From an uncultured Erysipelotrichaceae bacterium (GTDB lineage: Bacteria; Bacillota_I; Bacilli_A; RF39; UBA660), in NCBI GenBank assembly GCA_902786275.1, contig CADACC010000002.1:7600-71599 (forward strand): 64,000 nt of DNA, in the 5' to 3' direction. The translations under genes and the position numbers were made by a program. The notes beneath the pieces were generated by a model. The model was not told the origin of the DNA. It made no database searches and was given only the letters and a program-made list of their open reading frames with translations. Positions 48,984 to 59,643 of this stretch are shown one piece after another (position 1 is the stretch's first letter; the number at the start of each line of letters is the position of its first letter).

Positions 48984-48991
48984 TTTCTTTT
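48962..48991. terminator. bidirectional terminator shared by the convergent M16 gene (+) and rpsD (-)
   Basis: Perfect inverted repeat AAAGAAACTA (48962-48971) / TAGTTTCTTT (48982-48991). T-runs flank it on both strands. Confidence 0.55.
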
Positions 48992-49002
48992 TATTTTTAA
49001 TA

Positions 49003-49605
49003 TTATCTGTTGTAGAATTCAACGATTAATGCTTCATTGATATCTTGGTTAAGTTCAGATCTATCTGGATATCTTACATAAGTACCAGACATTTTCTTAT
49101 TATCAAATTCAACAAATGCAGGTTTAGTATTATTAGCTTCTAAAGCTGCTTTAATTGCTGGATGTTCTAATGAGTTTTCCTTAACGCTTACAGTATCACC
49201 AGGTTTAACTATGTATGATGGAATATCAACTTTAATTCCATTTACAAGAATATGTCCATGGTTAACAACTTGTCTAGCACCACGACGAGTATTAGCAAGT
49301 CCCATACGGTAAACAACATTATCAAGTCTACTTTCAAGAAGTCTAAGTAGGTTTTCACCAGCAATACCGCTCATCTTTTGAGCTTTTTCAAAAGTTCTAC
49401 GGAATTGTTTTTCATTTAAACCATACATTAATCTTACTTTTTGTTTTTCTTGTAATTGGATACCATATTCAGATAGTTTATGACGTCTATCTGCACCATG
49501 TTGTCCTGGAGCATAAGGTCTTTTAGCTGTTTCTTTACCATTTTCTAGTAAAGAAAAGTTTAAACGACGAGCTTTTTTGTATGCAGGTCCTGTATATCTT
49601 GCCAT
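49003..49605 (-). CDS. rpsD: 30S ribosomal protein S4
   Basis: [25 protein letters not shown]… is 200 aa from the ATG at 49605. The ORF-track start 33 nt further upstream lacks conservation. Confidence 0.9.
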   Translation of the reverse strand: MARYTGPAYKKARRLNFSLLENGKETAKRPYAPGQHGADRRHKLSEYGIQLQEKQKVRLMYGLNEKQFRRTFEKAQKMSGIAGENLLRLLESRLDNVVYRMGLANTRRGARQVVNHGHILVNGIKVDIPSYIVKPGDTVSVKENSLEHPAIKAALEANNTKPAFVEFDNKKMSGTYVRYPDRSELNQDINEALIVEFYNR

Positions 49606-49940
49606 AAAATAATTTCTCCTTTCATTATATTTGCACATAACTTAAGGGTTTGTTATTTCTTAAAAATAGGGAGTTTACTTATAACTGTTCCTTAGGGCAG
49701 CCCTAATTACTTAGTTACCTTAAATATTTAAGGATATAAACACATTAATTTTAATGAAACAACGCTGCCAAATGTAATTGCATTAATATTATACAATATA
49801 TTCGCTAAAAGTCAAATAAATACTGGTTATAAGGTAGTTTATAATATATCTATATAAATATTATTCTAAAAAAATATTACTTCATTATAGAATATTTAAC
49901 TCATATATGTTAAAATGTATAAGAAGGTAAGTGATTATAT

Positions 49941-51656
49941 ATGGGTAAGACAACACAAATACTTTTAACAAGTTCATATATTCTTGTTGGTATAATTATT
50001 ATAATCGCTGTGCTTATTATCTTTAAAAATAAAAAGAAAAAAGCTTTTGCTCAAGAACTATCTGATCTTGAAAGAGATAAAAATTTAATTATTTCTGCTC
50101 AAATACTTGCTGAACTAAATAAAGTTGAAAGCTTAATAAATAATGATCTATTAAAAGAAAAATTTAATAACTGGAAAGAACGCTTTAATAAAATTAAAGA
50201 TGTTGATCTACCTAAGATTACTGATAAACTTATTAACTTAGAAGAGTTATTTCAAACTAAGAATTATCAAGAACTTAAAGCTGGTATTACAGATTGTGAG
50301 CTTGAAATAACTTATTTAAAAACAAAAACAAATTTCTTACTTGATGAAATAAAAGAAATCACATTAAGTGAAGAAAAAAATAGAGAAGCAATAATCAAAC
50401 TTAAAACTGAATATCGTGAAATTCAAAACAAATATAAAACTAATAAAAATGATTATGTTGATGTTGCTAAACCTTTAGAACTTCAATTTGAAAATGTAGA
50501 TAAATTATTTCAAACATTTGAAATGGCAATGGATCAAAATGCTTATACTGAAGTAGGTAAAATAGTTAAAGCAATTAGCAATTCTGTCGGTAACTTAAAA
50601 GAAGTTATTGAAGAAGCTCCAGTTATTATCATGCTTGGAAAAACTGCTATTCCTAAAAAAATAGAGGATATTAAATTAATTGCTGATAAACTTACTAAAG
50701 AAGGCTACAATATTGAGTATTTAAATATTGAACACAATGTTAAAGAAACTGATAAAAAAATACAAGATATATTCCAAAGATTAAATGTTTTAAATATTGA
50801 AGATTCTGTATTTGAACTAAAAACAATGCTTGATTACTATGATTCATTATATTTCGATTTTGATAAAGAAAGAACTTCAAGAAAGTTATTTGAAGGTTAT
50901 ATTAGATCTATATTACTTAAAGTAACTAAATTAGAAAAAATTAATAATGATATATATCGAAGATTAGATGATATTAAATATAGTTATGATTTAGAAGATA
51001 GTGAAGTCCAAGTTATTGAAAACATTAAAGATGAGTTAATTGATATAAGATCTAGTTATGATAGAGTAATTAGTATGCATCGTAATCATACTTTTGCTTA
51101 TTCAAGACTAAATAAAGAAATGGAAATCATTAATAGTAAATTAACTAAGACTGAAGAAAAGTTAGAAATTGCTTTAAAAACACTTAGTAGTTTAAAAGAT
51201 GATGAACTTAGAGCTAAAGATCAATTAGATGAAATAAAAGACATTTTAGTTCAAGCTAAGAAAAAATCTAAAACTTATAAATTACCTGTTATTCCTAAAA
51301 ACTATTTTGTTGAACTTAATGAAGCATCAATGGCTATAAACGAAATGGTTAAGGAACTAGAAAAAAGACCTATTTCAATTAAAACTTTAAATTTAAGAGT
51401 TGATACTGCAAGGGATTTAGTTTTAAAGGTATATAACACAATTAATGAAACTATTAAAACTGCTAAAATGGCAGAGCAAGCCATAGTTTATGGAAATCGT
51501 TATAGACCAGTTAACAAAGAGGTTGATTTTGGACTTGCCAAAGCTGAAAGTTTATTCTTAAAAGGTAACTTTAAAAATAGTTTAGAACAAGCAATTATAT
51601 CAATAAATATAATTGAACCTGGAATACATGAAAAACTCATGAATGAGTATAATTAA
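49941..51656 (+). CDS. ezrA: septation ring formation regulator EzrA-like protein
   Basis: 571 aa. A single N-terminal TM helix (ILVGIIIIIAVLIIF) is followed by a long predicted coiled-coil body. Its position next to rpsD and upstream of a nifZ-thiI pair mirrors the B. subtilis ezrA neighbourhood. Sequence-level similarity could not be verified here. Confidence 0.55.
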   Translation: MGKTTQILLTSSYILVGIIIIIAVLIIFKNKKKKAFAQELSDLERDKNLIISAQILAELNKVESLINNDLLKEKFNNWKERFNKIKDVDLPKITDKLINLEELFQTKNYQELKAGITDCELEITYLKTKTNFLLDEIKEITLSEEKNREAIIKLKTEYREIQNKYKTNKNDYVDVAKPLELQFENVDKLFQTFEMAMDQNAYTEVGKIVKAISNSVGNLKEVIEEAPVIIMLGKTAIPKKIEDIKLIADKLTKEGYNIEYLNIEHNVKETDKKIQDIFQRLNVLNIEDSVFELKTMLDYYDSLYFDFDKERTSRKLFEGYIRSILLKVTKLEKINNDIYRRLDDIKYSYDLEDSEVQVIENIKDELIDIRSSYDRVISMHRNHTFAYSRLNKEMEIINSKLTKTEEKLEIALKTLSSLKDDELRAKDQLDEIKDILVQAKKKSKTYKLPVIPKNYFVELNEASMAINEMVKELEKRPISIKTLNLRVDTARDLVLKVYNTINETIKTAKMAEQAIVYGNRYRPVNKEVDFGLAKAESLFLKGNFKNSLEQAIISINIIEPGIHEKLMNEYN

Positions 51657-51683
51657 CCAATACCAAAAGGTATTGGTTTTTTA
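51656..51683 (+). terminator. Rho-independent terminator
   Basis: ACCAATACC aaaa GGTATTGGT + TTTTTATT. Confidence 0.7.
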
Positions 51684-51755
51684 TTGTATTAATGTTGATT
51701 TTTGTAGTAAAAAGTAATAAAATATTGCAAACATTTAGGAAGTGGGGGTGTAAAT

Positions 51756-53303
51756 ATGGAATCTGGATTTAGTTATAATAATGATGAGTATGATTATGCT
51801 ATGAGCTTACAAAGATTATTAAGAAACTATAAACATGAAAAAAATAAGCAAGAAGATTTAAGAGCACAGTGTTTAATAACTAAAGCTTTTATGTATGCCA
51901 TGGTAGCTCATGATAACGTCAGAAGAAAAAGCGGAGAAGCATATGTTACACACCCAATTGCTGTAGCTTTAGGACTTGAAAAAAAACAAGCTGATTATCA
52001 AACAATATGTGGGGCTTTACTTCATGACACAATTGAAGATTGCGACTGGATTACAAGGGAAACAATAGAAAAAGAGTTTGGTGAAAATATTGCAACCAAA
52101 GTCTATGGTGTTACAAAAGTATCAATTAAAGATGTATCTGACAAAAAACATCAGATTATATTAACTCAAAATAAATTGGTTATATCTATAATTGAAGACT
52201 TAGGAATTATTGAAATTAAAATCGAAGATAGAAAACATAATATGTCAACAATAAATGGACATAAAGATCCTAAAAAGAGAAAAGAAATAGCAGCTGAAAC
52301 ACTTGATATATATGTTCCACTTGCAAGACATTTTGGTCAGTATAACGATAAAGAGTTACTTGAAGGAATGAGTTTTAGAATTCTTCATCCTCATATAGAT
52401 AAAAAAATAAGAGATATGAAAAGTGAGTTAATTTATGGTAATAAAGAACTTAGTAAACTTTTATTTGATTTACAGTATGATGCAAGTCCAAGATCAATAA
52501 AAAAAGAATTAATTAAACAAGGAATTAATGTTTACGATGTTGAGTATAAACTAAAGGAAAATCCAGGAATTTATAGACAATTAAAAAAAGGGAAGAAATT
52601 TGATAAAATCCCTGACCTTATGACATTTATTATCAAAGTTGATACTGTTGATGATGTTTATAGAGCTCTTCAAGTAATAAATAAGAATTCAGTTCCTATT
52701 AATGAGGGTGAATATCAAATGAAAGACCATATATCTCATCCTAAGTATCCATATTATAGAGCACTTCATACATATAATATTGTTGAAAGTGAAGGTAAAA
52801 AATATTTATTACATTTCCAAATTCAAACAATGGAAATGTGGAGAGAATCAGTTGATGGTATAGCATCAAAATGGAAATATGATGTTAATGATGAAGGTGC
52901 AATGCTGATGAAAAAATCATTAACTCAAGACTTCCCATTTTATGAAGATTTAAAAAGATTAATAGATGAATATAAAAGAGGGGACATAAGTGATATTGAT
53001 TTTAATAAAAAAGTCAAACACTTAATTCTTCCAAGACTGATTTATATTAATATGGGAGATTTTACTCATGAAGAGACTTATGATGGAAGTACCATTAAAG
53101 ATTTTGTTATAAGATTATGTCGTAAAGGAAAAATTGATAAGATTTGTCCAAATCAAGAATATTACATTAATGGTTGTAAAAAAGATCTTAATTATAAATT
53201 AAAAGATGAAGATACCTTTGAGATTCGTATTAAAAAACCAGAAGTTATGGATAGTGAAGGTAACGGAGAAAACTCTTTTCAAAGAACAAAAAAGCAAAGA
53301 TAA
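51756..53303 (+). CDS. RelA/SpoT-family protein: HD (p)ppGpp-hydrolase domain plus nucleotidyltransferase (synthetase) domain, lacking TGS/ACT C-terminal region
   Basis: …RRKSGEAYVTHPIAVA…LLHDTIEDC… is the HD hydrolase signature. …PLARHFGQYNDKELLEGMSFRILHP… is the Rel inter-domain helix. …IPDLMTFIIKVDTVDDVYRALQVI…HISHPKYPYYRALHTYNI…HFQIQTMEMW… is alignable to the RelA_SpoT synthetase core. Total length is only 515 aa. Confidence 0.6.
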   Translation: MESGFSYNNDEYDYAMSLQRLLRNYKHEKNKQEDLRAQCLITKAFMYAMVAHDNVRRKSGEAYVTHPIAVALGLEKKQADYQTICGALLHDTIEDCDWITRETIEKEFGENIATKVYGVTKVSIKDVSDKKHQIILTQNKLVISIIEDLGIIEIKIEDRKHNMSTINGHKDPKKRKEIAAETLDIYVPLARHFGQYNDKELLEGMSFRILHPHIDKKIRDMKSELIYGNKELSKLLFDLQYDASPRSIKKELIKQGINVYDVEYKLKENPGIYRQLKKGKKFDKIPDLMTFIIKVDTVDDVYRALQVINKNSVPINEGEYQMKDHISHPKYPYYRALHTYNIVESEGKKYLLHFQIQTMEMWRESVDGIASKWKYDVNDEGAMLMKKSLTQDFPFYEDLKRLIDEYKRGDISDIDFNKKVKHLILPRLIYINMGDFTHEETYDGSTIKDFVIRLCRKGKIDKICPNQEYYINGCKKDLNYKLKDEDTFEIRIKKPEVMDSEGNGENSFQRTKKQR

Positions 53304-53366
53304 AATCTTTGCTTTTTTTAAATCTCTATTTAGTGTATAATTAGTTTTATAAAGGATGTGATTAAA

Positions 53367-54506
53367 ATGATATATCTGGATTATAGTGCAACAACTCCTG
53401 TATCATTTGAAGTACTTGATACTTTTAATAGAACTACAAAGGATTTTATTGGAAATCCTAATTCACTTCATAAACTTGGTGTTAAATCTCAAGAGTTAAT
53501 AACATCTGCAACTAAGCAAATTGCAGACATTTGTAATATTATGCCAAGAGAAGTAATTTATACATCAAATGCAACTGAAGCTAATAATTTAGCTTTAATT
53601 GGTGTTATGATGGCTAATTATCATCAAGGAAAGCATTTAATAGTATCAAAGCTTGAACATCCAAGTATTTATAAAATATGTGATTATCTTGAAAGCAATG
53701 GTTTTGAAGTAAGCTACGTTGATAACGATGAGGATGGTTTAATTAATTTTGATCATTTAAAGAAACTTGTTAGAGAAGATACAGTTCTTGTTTCAATATG
53801 TGCTGTTAATAGTGAAACCGGTGTAAGACAACCACTTAAGATGATTAGACAAATAATTAAAAAAGAGAATAATAATACACTTTTACATTCTGATTTTACT
53901 CAAGCTATAGGTAAAGTATCAGTTAATTTTAATGATGTTGATTTAGCATCATTATCTGGTCATAAATTCTTTGCTCCAAAAGGTATAGGTATGCTATATC
54001 GAAATGAGAAGGTTAAAATTAAACCTTTAATATACGGATCTAGTAAATCAAATGAACTACATCCCGGAACTCCAGCAGTTGCTTTAATAGCATCTTTTTC
54101 TAAAGCTCTAAGAATAGCTTTAACAGATTTAGAAAAGAAAGAAAGATTTGTAACTAGATTAAACGAAAAACTAGTTAAGGAATTTAGTGTTCATAAAGAT
54201 ATTTTAATAAATCAAACTAAATATTCAATTCCTCATATTTTAAATATTAGTTTGCTTAATATAAAACCGGAAACTTTTATCCACGCTATGGAAGAAAAAG
54301 ACATATATTTAAGCACTAATACAGCATGCTCATCTGGTGATTTATCTACATCTGTAATGGCAATTTATAATGATAAAAAAAGAGCAACTACTACTATTAG
54401 AATAAGTATTTCACATATTACTACTAGTGATGAAATAAATCAGTTTATTTCACAGTTTAACTCAGTTTATAATAACTTGAATAATTTAACATCAAAAGAG
54501 GCTTAA
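53367..54506 (+). CDS. cysteine desulfurase (NifZ/IscS-like), partner of ThiI
   Basis: …YLDYSATTP…SNATEANNLALIG…SLSGHKFFAPKGIGML…. It lies immediately upstream of thiI, as in the B. subtilis nifZ-thiI pair. Confidence 0.85.
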   Translation: MIYLDYSATTPVSFEVLDTFNRTTKDFIGNPNSLHKLGVKSQELITSATKQIADICNIMPREVIYTSNATEANNLALIGVMMANYHQGKHLIVSKLEHPSIYKICDYLESNGFEVSYVDNDEDGLINFDHLKKLVREDTVLVSICAVNSETGVRQPLKMIRQIIKKENNNTLLHSDFTQAIGKVSVNFNDVDLASLSGHKFFAPKGIGMLYRNEKVKIKPLIYGSSKSNELHPGTPAVALIASFSKALRIALTDLEKKERFVTRLNEKLVKEFSVHKDILINQTKYSIPHILNISLLNIKPETFIHAMEEKDIYLSTNTACSSGDLSTSVMAIYNDKKRATTTIRISISHITTSDEINQFISQFNSVYNNLNNLTSKEA

Positions 54507-54508
54507 TT

Positions 54509-55693
54509 ATGGAAAAATTAATAATAATTAAATATGCTGAACTAAATACCAAAAAATCAAATATTAATTATTTTATTAAAATACTAAAAGATAATATTAA
54601 AAAATCACTTGATGGAATTGACGCAAATATTCACTTTGATAAAGGAAGAATGTTTATTGAATCAAGTGAAAACAATTATAATATTATTTTAAATAAGATA
54701 AAAAATATTTTTGGTATTCACGAAATAATTATAGGATATAAACTTCTTGATAGAGATTTAGAAGTAATTAAATCAACAGTAGTTGATTTAATAAAAGATG
54801 AAAATATTTCTACATTTAAAGTAATTACTAAAAGAAGTGATAAGAATTATCCATTTGATAGTATGGAAATATCAAGAAAAGTTGGTGGTGCTGTTTTAAA
54901 AGCATACTCTAACTCTAAAGTTGATGTTCATAATCCCGAAAAAGAGATTTATTTAGAAGTAAGACTTGATGCAGTATATATTTACTTTAATAGAGAAAAG
55001 GGAATTGGTGGATATCCAGTTGGTTCTCTTGGAAAAGGTATTCTAATGCTTAGTGGTGGAATTGATTCACCGGTTGCAGGGTATCTTGCTATGAAAAGAG
55101 GAATAAAACTAGAAGCTCTTTATTTCGAATCACCTCCTCATACAAGTGACCAAGCAAAAAATAAAGTACTAGAACTTGCTAAAAAGTTATCAAGCTATAA
55201 TGGTGAGATGAAAGTACACATAATTAATTTTACTAAGATTCAAGAGGAAATTTACAAAAATATTCCACATGAATATCTAATAACCATTATGAGAAGAATG
55301 ATGTATCGAATAAGCATGAAAGTAGCAAAAAGAAATAAATGTTTAGCTATTATTAATGGTGAATCTGTAGGTCAAGTTGCAAGTCAAACATTAACAAGTA
55401 TGCAAGTTATAAACGAGGTAATAAATATGCCTGTAATTAGACCTGTTGCTTGTTTAGATAAACTTGAAATAATTGACATAGCTAAGAAAATAGATACTTA
55501 TGAAACAAGTATTTTACCGTTTGAGGATTGCTGCACAATATTTGTTCCAGAACATCCAGTAATAAATCCATTATCAGATAAATGTGAAGAATATGAAAAA
55601 TTAATTGATTATGAAGAGTTAATTAATGATGCTGTTATTAATCATAATGTTGTTAAAATTTCAAATAAAAATAAATACGAAGATTTATTATAA
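54509..55693 (+). CDS. thiI: tRNA 4-thiouridine(8) synthase ThiI
   Basis: THUMP-type N-terminus and PP-loop …LSGGIDSPVAGYLAMKRG…. It starts 3 nt after the desulfurase gene. Confidence 0.9.
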   Translation: MEKLIIIKYAELNTKKSNINYFIKILKDNIKKSLDGIDANIHFDKGRMFIESSENNYNIILNKIKNIFGIHEIIIGYKLLDRDLEVIKSTVVDLIKDENISTFKVITKRSDKNYPFDSMEISRKVGGAVLKAYSNSKVDVHNPEKEIYLEVRLDAVYIYFNREKGIGGYPVGSLGKGILMLSGGIDSPVAGYLAMKRGIKLEALYFESPPHTSDQAKNKVLELAKKLSSYNGEMKVHIINFTKIQEEIYKNIPHEYLITIMRRMMYRISMKVAKRNKCLAIINGESVGQVASQTLTSMQVINEVINMPVIRPVACLDKLEIIDIAKKIDTYETSILPFEDCCTIFVPEHPVINPLSDKCEEYEKLIDYEELINDAVINHNVVKISNKNKYEDLL

Positions 55694-55956
55694 TTTATAA
55701 ATATTAGTGCAATATATTACTAGGTGATATATTTGAGAAAAAGTACTCTATATTTATTAAATAAATCAAATATAAATGAAAAAGACTTTGTATGTAATTT
55801 TGATTTTATAAATCAAAGAATAGATACTTATAATGATATAACGAATAAAAATAGTAAAAAAGTAGAAAATAATTATGTAAAAGTCAAGCATTTAAAAGGA
55901 AAAAGATAGATATCTTTTTCTTTTTTTTGTATAATTATACATGAGGTGTTTAATTA

Positions 55957-57150
55957 ATGAAATTATTATGTGTTAATGCTGGTAGTTCATCTTTAAAATA
56001 TCAATTATTTGAAATGCCAGAAGAAAAAGTTTTAATTAGTGGTTACATTGAAAAAATTGGACTTGAAGATAGTTTCTGGACTACTAAGGTAAACGGTGAA
56101 AAAATAAAAGGAGCTAAATATTTAAAAAATCATAGTGAAGCTGTTAAAGTAATGCTTGATGAATTAATTGATCATGAAGTAGTTAAATCACTTGATGAAA
56201 TTAAAGGTGTAGGACATAGAGTTTTACATGGTGGTGAAAAATATAGTGATTCAGTACTTATAACTGATGAAGTTATCCAAGATATTAAAGACTTAACAAA
56301 ACTTGGCCCACTTCATCATCCAGGTAATTTAGCTGGTATTGAATCTTTAAAAGAAGTTTTACCAGACGTTCCAATGGTTGCTGTATATGATACTGCATTC
56401 CATCAAACAATGCCTAAAGAAAACTTTATGTATCCAGTTCCATATGAATGGTATTTAAACTATGGGGTTAGAAAATATGGATTCCATGGAACAAGTCATA
56501 AATACATTACTACTGTAATGAAAGAAAAATTAGGTAAAGAAGATGTTAACTTAATTATCTGTCATATTGGTAGTGGTGCTAGTATTTCTGCTATTAAGGG
56601 TGGTAAATGTTTTGATACAACAATGGGTATTACACCACTAGATGGTTTAATGATGGGTACTCGTTCAGGATCAATCGATCCATCTATCTTAGAATACGTT
56701 TGTAAAGAATCTGGAGAAAGTATTTCAGATATTACAAATGCTTTAAATAAGAAAAGTGGTCTATTAGGTATTTCAGGATTCTCTGATTCAAGAGATGTTG
56801 AAACTGCAGCTGCTAATGGAGATGAAAGAGCACAGTTAGCCCTTAAAATGTATAATGATAGAGTAGCTAAATATATAGCTGATTATTATATTGAACTTGA
56901 AGGAAAAGTTGATGCTATTGTATTTACTGCAGGTGTTGGTGAAAACGGTGCAGAAGCAAGAAGTGAAATAATTAAAAAACTTGCTCCTCTTGGAATCAAA
57001 TTAAATGAAGAAGAAAACTCACAAATTGCTTCATTTAAAGATAAACATGAAGGAATTATTTCTTCAAAAGATTCTTCTATAGATGTTTGGGTAGTACCAA
57101 CTAATGAAGAATTAATGATTATTAAAGATACATATAAATTTGTTAAATAA
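55957..57150 (+). CDS. ackA: acetate kinase
   Basis: MKLLCVNAGSSSLKYQLFEM…GHRVLHGG…GFHGTSH… are canonical acetate/propionate kinase motifs. Length is 397 aa. Confidence 0.9.
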   Translation: MKLLCVNAGSSSLKYQLFEMPEEKVLISGYIEKIGLEDSFWTTKVNGEKIKGAKYLKNHSEAVKVMLDELIDHEVVKSLDEIKGVGHRVLHGGEKYSDSVLITDEVIQDIKDLTKLGPLHHPGNLAGIESLKEVLPDVPMVAVYDTAFHQTMPKENFMYPVPYEWYLNYGVRKYGFHGTSHKYITTVMKEKLGKEDVNLIICHIGSGASISAIKGGKCFDTTMGITPLDGLMMGTRSGSIDPSILEYVCKESGESISDITNALNKKSGLLGISGFSDSRDVETAAANGDERAQLALKMYNDRVAKYIADYYIELEGKVDAIVFTAGVGENGAEARSEIIKKLAPLGIKLNEEENSQIASFKDKHEGIISSKDSSIDVWVVPTNEELMIIKDTYKFVK

Positions 57151-57167
57151 AAAGAATATAGAAGGAT

Positions 57168-58148
57168 GTGATATGTATCACAAAGCCAGTTATTAATCAA
57201 ATATTAAAGAAGATTAAAAAATATAATAATATTGTTATTGCAAGACATGTATCACCAGATCCTGATGCTATAGCTTCACAAATGGCTTTAAGAGATTCTA
57301 TAAGAGAAACTTTTAAAAATAAAAAAGTAATCGCAGTAGGTATTGGTGTATCTAAGTTTAAAAATTATGGTATTCTTGATAGACAAGATTATGAAAACTA
57401 TCAAGATTCACTTTTAATAGTTTTAGATGTTCCTAATCTACATAGAGTAGATGGAATAGAAGGACTTAAATACAAAGAAATATTAAGAATCGATCATCAT
57501 CCAACAGAAGATATTAAAGGACCTGTTGACTGGTGTGATATTACATATTCATCTACATGTCAAATGGTAGCAGAGTTAATACTCGAAACAAAATTAGTTT
57601 TAAATACTAAAATTGCTTCAAATTTATTTTTAGGTATGGTATCAGATAGTGATAGATTCTTACTTAAAAATACAACAGCAGGTACATTTGAAACTGCTGC
57701 TAGATTAATTAGAACATCAAATCTTGATTTTACACCACTATATGATGAACTTTATATAAGACCATTTAGTGAAATTAAATTCCAAGCTTTTCTAATTAAT
57801 AATTTAATTGTAGAAGATAATTTTGCATACATTAAAATTAATGATGAGATTTTAAGAGAATATAATGTTGATGCTCCAACAGTAACAAACATGATAAATA
57901 ATTTTAATTTTACTGCTGATTATGTTTGTTGGGCATTTGTTGTAAATGATCCTAGAAATGATCAAATAAAGGTTTCTATTAGAAGTAGAGGGCCAATTAT
58001 AAATACAATTGCAAATAGATATAATGGTGGAGGTCATAAACTTGCATCAGGTTGTAGACTTAAAACTGATGAAGAAGTTAATAATCTACTAAAAGAACTA
58101 AAAGAAGCCTCAATTGAATATGTTTCGACAATAAAGGATAGTGAATAA
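57168..58148 (+). CDS. DHH/DHHA1-family phosphoesterase (NrnA-like oligoribonuclease / pAp phosphatase)
   Basis: …IVIARHVSPDPDAIASQMAL… (DHH motif) and …RYNGGGHKLASGC… (DHHA1 GGGH motif). GTG start at 57168. Confidence 0.75.
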   Translation: MICITKPVINQILKKIKKYNNIVIARHVSPDPDAIASQMALRDSIRETFKNKKVIAVGIGVSKFKNYGILDRQDYENYQDSLLIVLDVPNLHRVDGIEGLKYKEILRIDHHPTEDIKGPVDWCDITYSSTCQMVAELILETKLVLNTKIASNLFLGMVSDSDRFLLKNTTAGTFETAARLIRTSNLDFTPLYDELYIRPFSEIKFQAFLINNLIVEDNFAYIKINDEILREYNVDAPTVTNMINNFNFTADYVCWAFVVNDPRNDQIKVSIRSRGPIINTIANRYNGGGHKLASGCRLKTDEEVNNLLKELKEASIEYVSTIKDSE

Positions 58149-58200
58149 CTATTCTTTTTTTGTTATGATAATTTCTAAAAAAAGGAGAACGTACATAAAT

Positions 58201-58587
58201 ATGGAAGACATCAATAAATATGCTTTAAGAATTATCAAAAGAAAATCATATTTCATAAAGGAGTTCAGAGATAAGTTATTATTAAGTTATGATGAAGTAA
58301 AAACAAATAAACTTATAAGAGAGTTTATTTGTTTAGATTTACTCAATGATAAAGAATTGATTTATCTAAAGATGAATAATCTCATAAATCAAAAATTATA
58401 TGGCAAAAACTACATAGTAGATTATTTCTTAAATAAAAATATATCTACTAATTTAATCAATTACACATTAAATTTATTTGATGATAATTTATTTATAGCA
58501 AATAAAGAAAAGATTATAAACAAACTTATAGAGAAGGGGAAAACAACTGAGTATATTGAAAAGTATTTATCTTATAAAGGGTATTAA
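58201..58587 (+). CDS. RecX-like regulatory protein (tentative)
   Basis: RBS AAGGAG precedes ATG 58201. MEDINKYALRIIKRKSYFIKEFRDKLL… shows the three-helix-repeat pattern of RecX (A.R.L.R..S..EL..KL). This is pattern-level similarity only. Confidence 0.35.
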   Translation: MEDINKYALRIIKRKSYFIKEFRDKLLLSYDEVKTNKLIREFICLDLLNDKELIYLKMNNLINQKLYGKNYIVDYFLNKNISTNLINYTLNLFDDNLFIANKEKIINKLIEKGKTTEYIEKYLSYKGY

Positions 58588-58589
58588 AA

Positions 58590-58616
58590 AAACTGCTATT
58601 TAGTAGCAGTTTTTAA
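58590..58616. terminator. bidirectional terminator between the RecX-like gene (+) and prsA (-)
   Basis: AAACTGCTA tttag TAGCAGTTT with A/T runs on both sides. Confidence 0.55.
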
Positions 58617-58617
58617 A

Positions 58618-59643
58618 TTATTTATTAGTATTTTCTTCTTTTGTTGTTGCATCTTTTATATATGCTTCATATTCTTTTTTGATATCACTATCAATTATTG
58701 AAACGCCATACTCGTCTCTATAATGTTTCATTGCTTTAGCATTAATTTGAGCATCACTTGATAAAGTGCTTTGAGCAAGTGTTTCTCTAATAGTATCTTT
58801 AACATCTTCTAAAGAAGCTTTCTTCTTTTGTCCTTCTTTTAAGATTACATGATATCCTAAATCAGTAGTAATAACTTTAGATGAATATTCTCCATCTTTA
58901 AGTTTAATAGCAGCATTAATAAGTTCATCATAATTTGAACCTAATTGGTTTAAATTAATATAACCAAGTTTACCACCATCATTTTTAGTTTTATCATCTT
59001 TAGAATATTCTTTAGCTAACTTCGCAAATTCTTCTTTAATATCTTTTTTATTTTTCTTAGCTTCATCTAGTTTTTTAATAACTTCTTCAGCTTTAGCTTT
59101 AGCTTCTTTTTCAGCAGCTTTCTTTTCTTCATCAGTAGCACCTGATTTAACAGATGAAGTAATTAAAATATGATCTATAGATACATCACCAAAATAAATA
59201 TCTTTATAGTAGTTTTCAATGCTATTATTTGATACTAAATCTTTAGCATATTGTTCAGCAGCTTTATTTTGTAAGTAATTAATATAAAGGAAATTCTTAT
59301 AAGCATCTATATTAGAAAAACCTGTATACATTCTTATAGCTTCTAGCAATTTATCATCACTACCATAAGATTCTTTCATTGACTTAATAGTATCTTCAGC
59401 ATACTTTTCAGCATCCTTAACATCTTTTTTGAATTCTTTTTCTAAAATCTTTTGATCAATAAGTGAAAGTGTAGCATCAAGTGAATAATCCTTTTTCATA
59501 GTATTATAAACTTCGTTAGCACTAATCTTATCTCCATTTTTAAATGTAACAACAGCTTCTTCACCATTTTTTAGTTTAGGTATTTTCCCACAACCTGTAA
59601 TTAAAAATAGTGATAAAGTAATTAAAAATATTTTCTTTTTCAT
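58618..59643 (-). CDS. prsA: foldase lipoprotein PrsA (parvulin-type PPIase)
   Basis: MKKKIFLITLSLFLITGC (lipobox ITGC). The parvulin domain reads …VSIDHILITS…GGKLGYINLNQLGSNYDELINAAIKLKDGEYSSKVITTDLGYHVILKE. Confidence 0.8.
   Translation of the reverse strand: MKKKIFLITLSLFLITGCGKIPKLKNGEEAVVTFKNGDKISANEVYNTMKKDYSLDATLSLIDQKILEKEFKKDVKDAEKYAEDTIKSMKESYGSDDKLLEAIRMYTGFSNIDAYKNFLYINYLQNKAAEQYAKDLVSNNSIENYYKDIYFGDVSIDHILITSSVKSGATDEEKKAAEKEAKAKAEEVIKKLDEAKKNKKDIKEEFAKLAKEYSKDDKTKNDGGKLGYINLNQLGSNYDELINAAIKLKDGEYSSKVITTDLGYHVILKEGQKKKASLEDVKDTIRETLAQSTLSSDAQINAKAMKHYRDEYGVSIIDSDIKKEYEAYIKDATTKEENTNK

Noticed and set aside
49606-49940. Long divergent intergenic region between rpsD (-) and the ezrA-like gene (+), containing a small hairpin TTAGGGCAGCCCTAA (49692-49706)
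   Set aside because: It likely contains the rpsD promoter and S4 autoregulatory leader plus the ezrA-like gene's promoter. I could not convincingly map the pseudoknot elements by eye, so no regulatory feature was called.
55724-55909. 61-aa GTG-start ORF between thiI and ackA
   Set aside because: There is no convincing RBS, and the peptide is Asn/Lys-rich and low-complexity. It is probably non-coding spacer, although a palindrome AGATATCT with a T-run at about 55895-55928 could be a terminator for thiI. Left uncalled.
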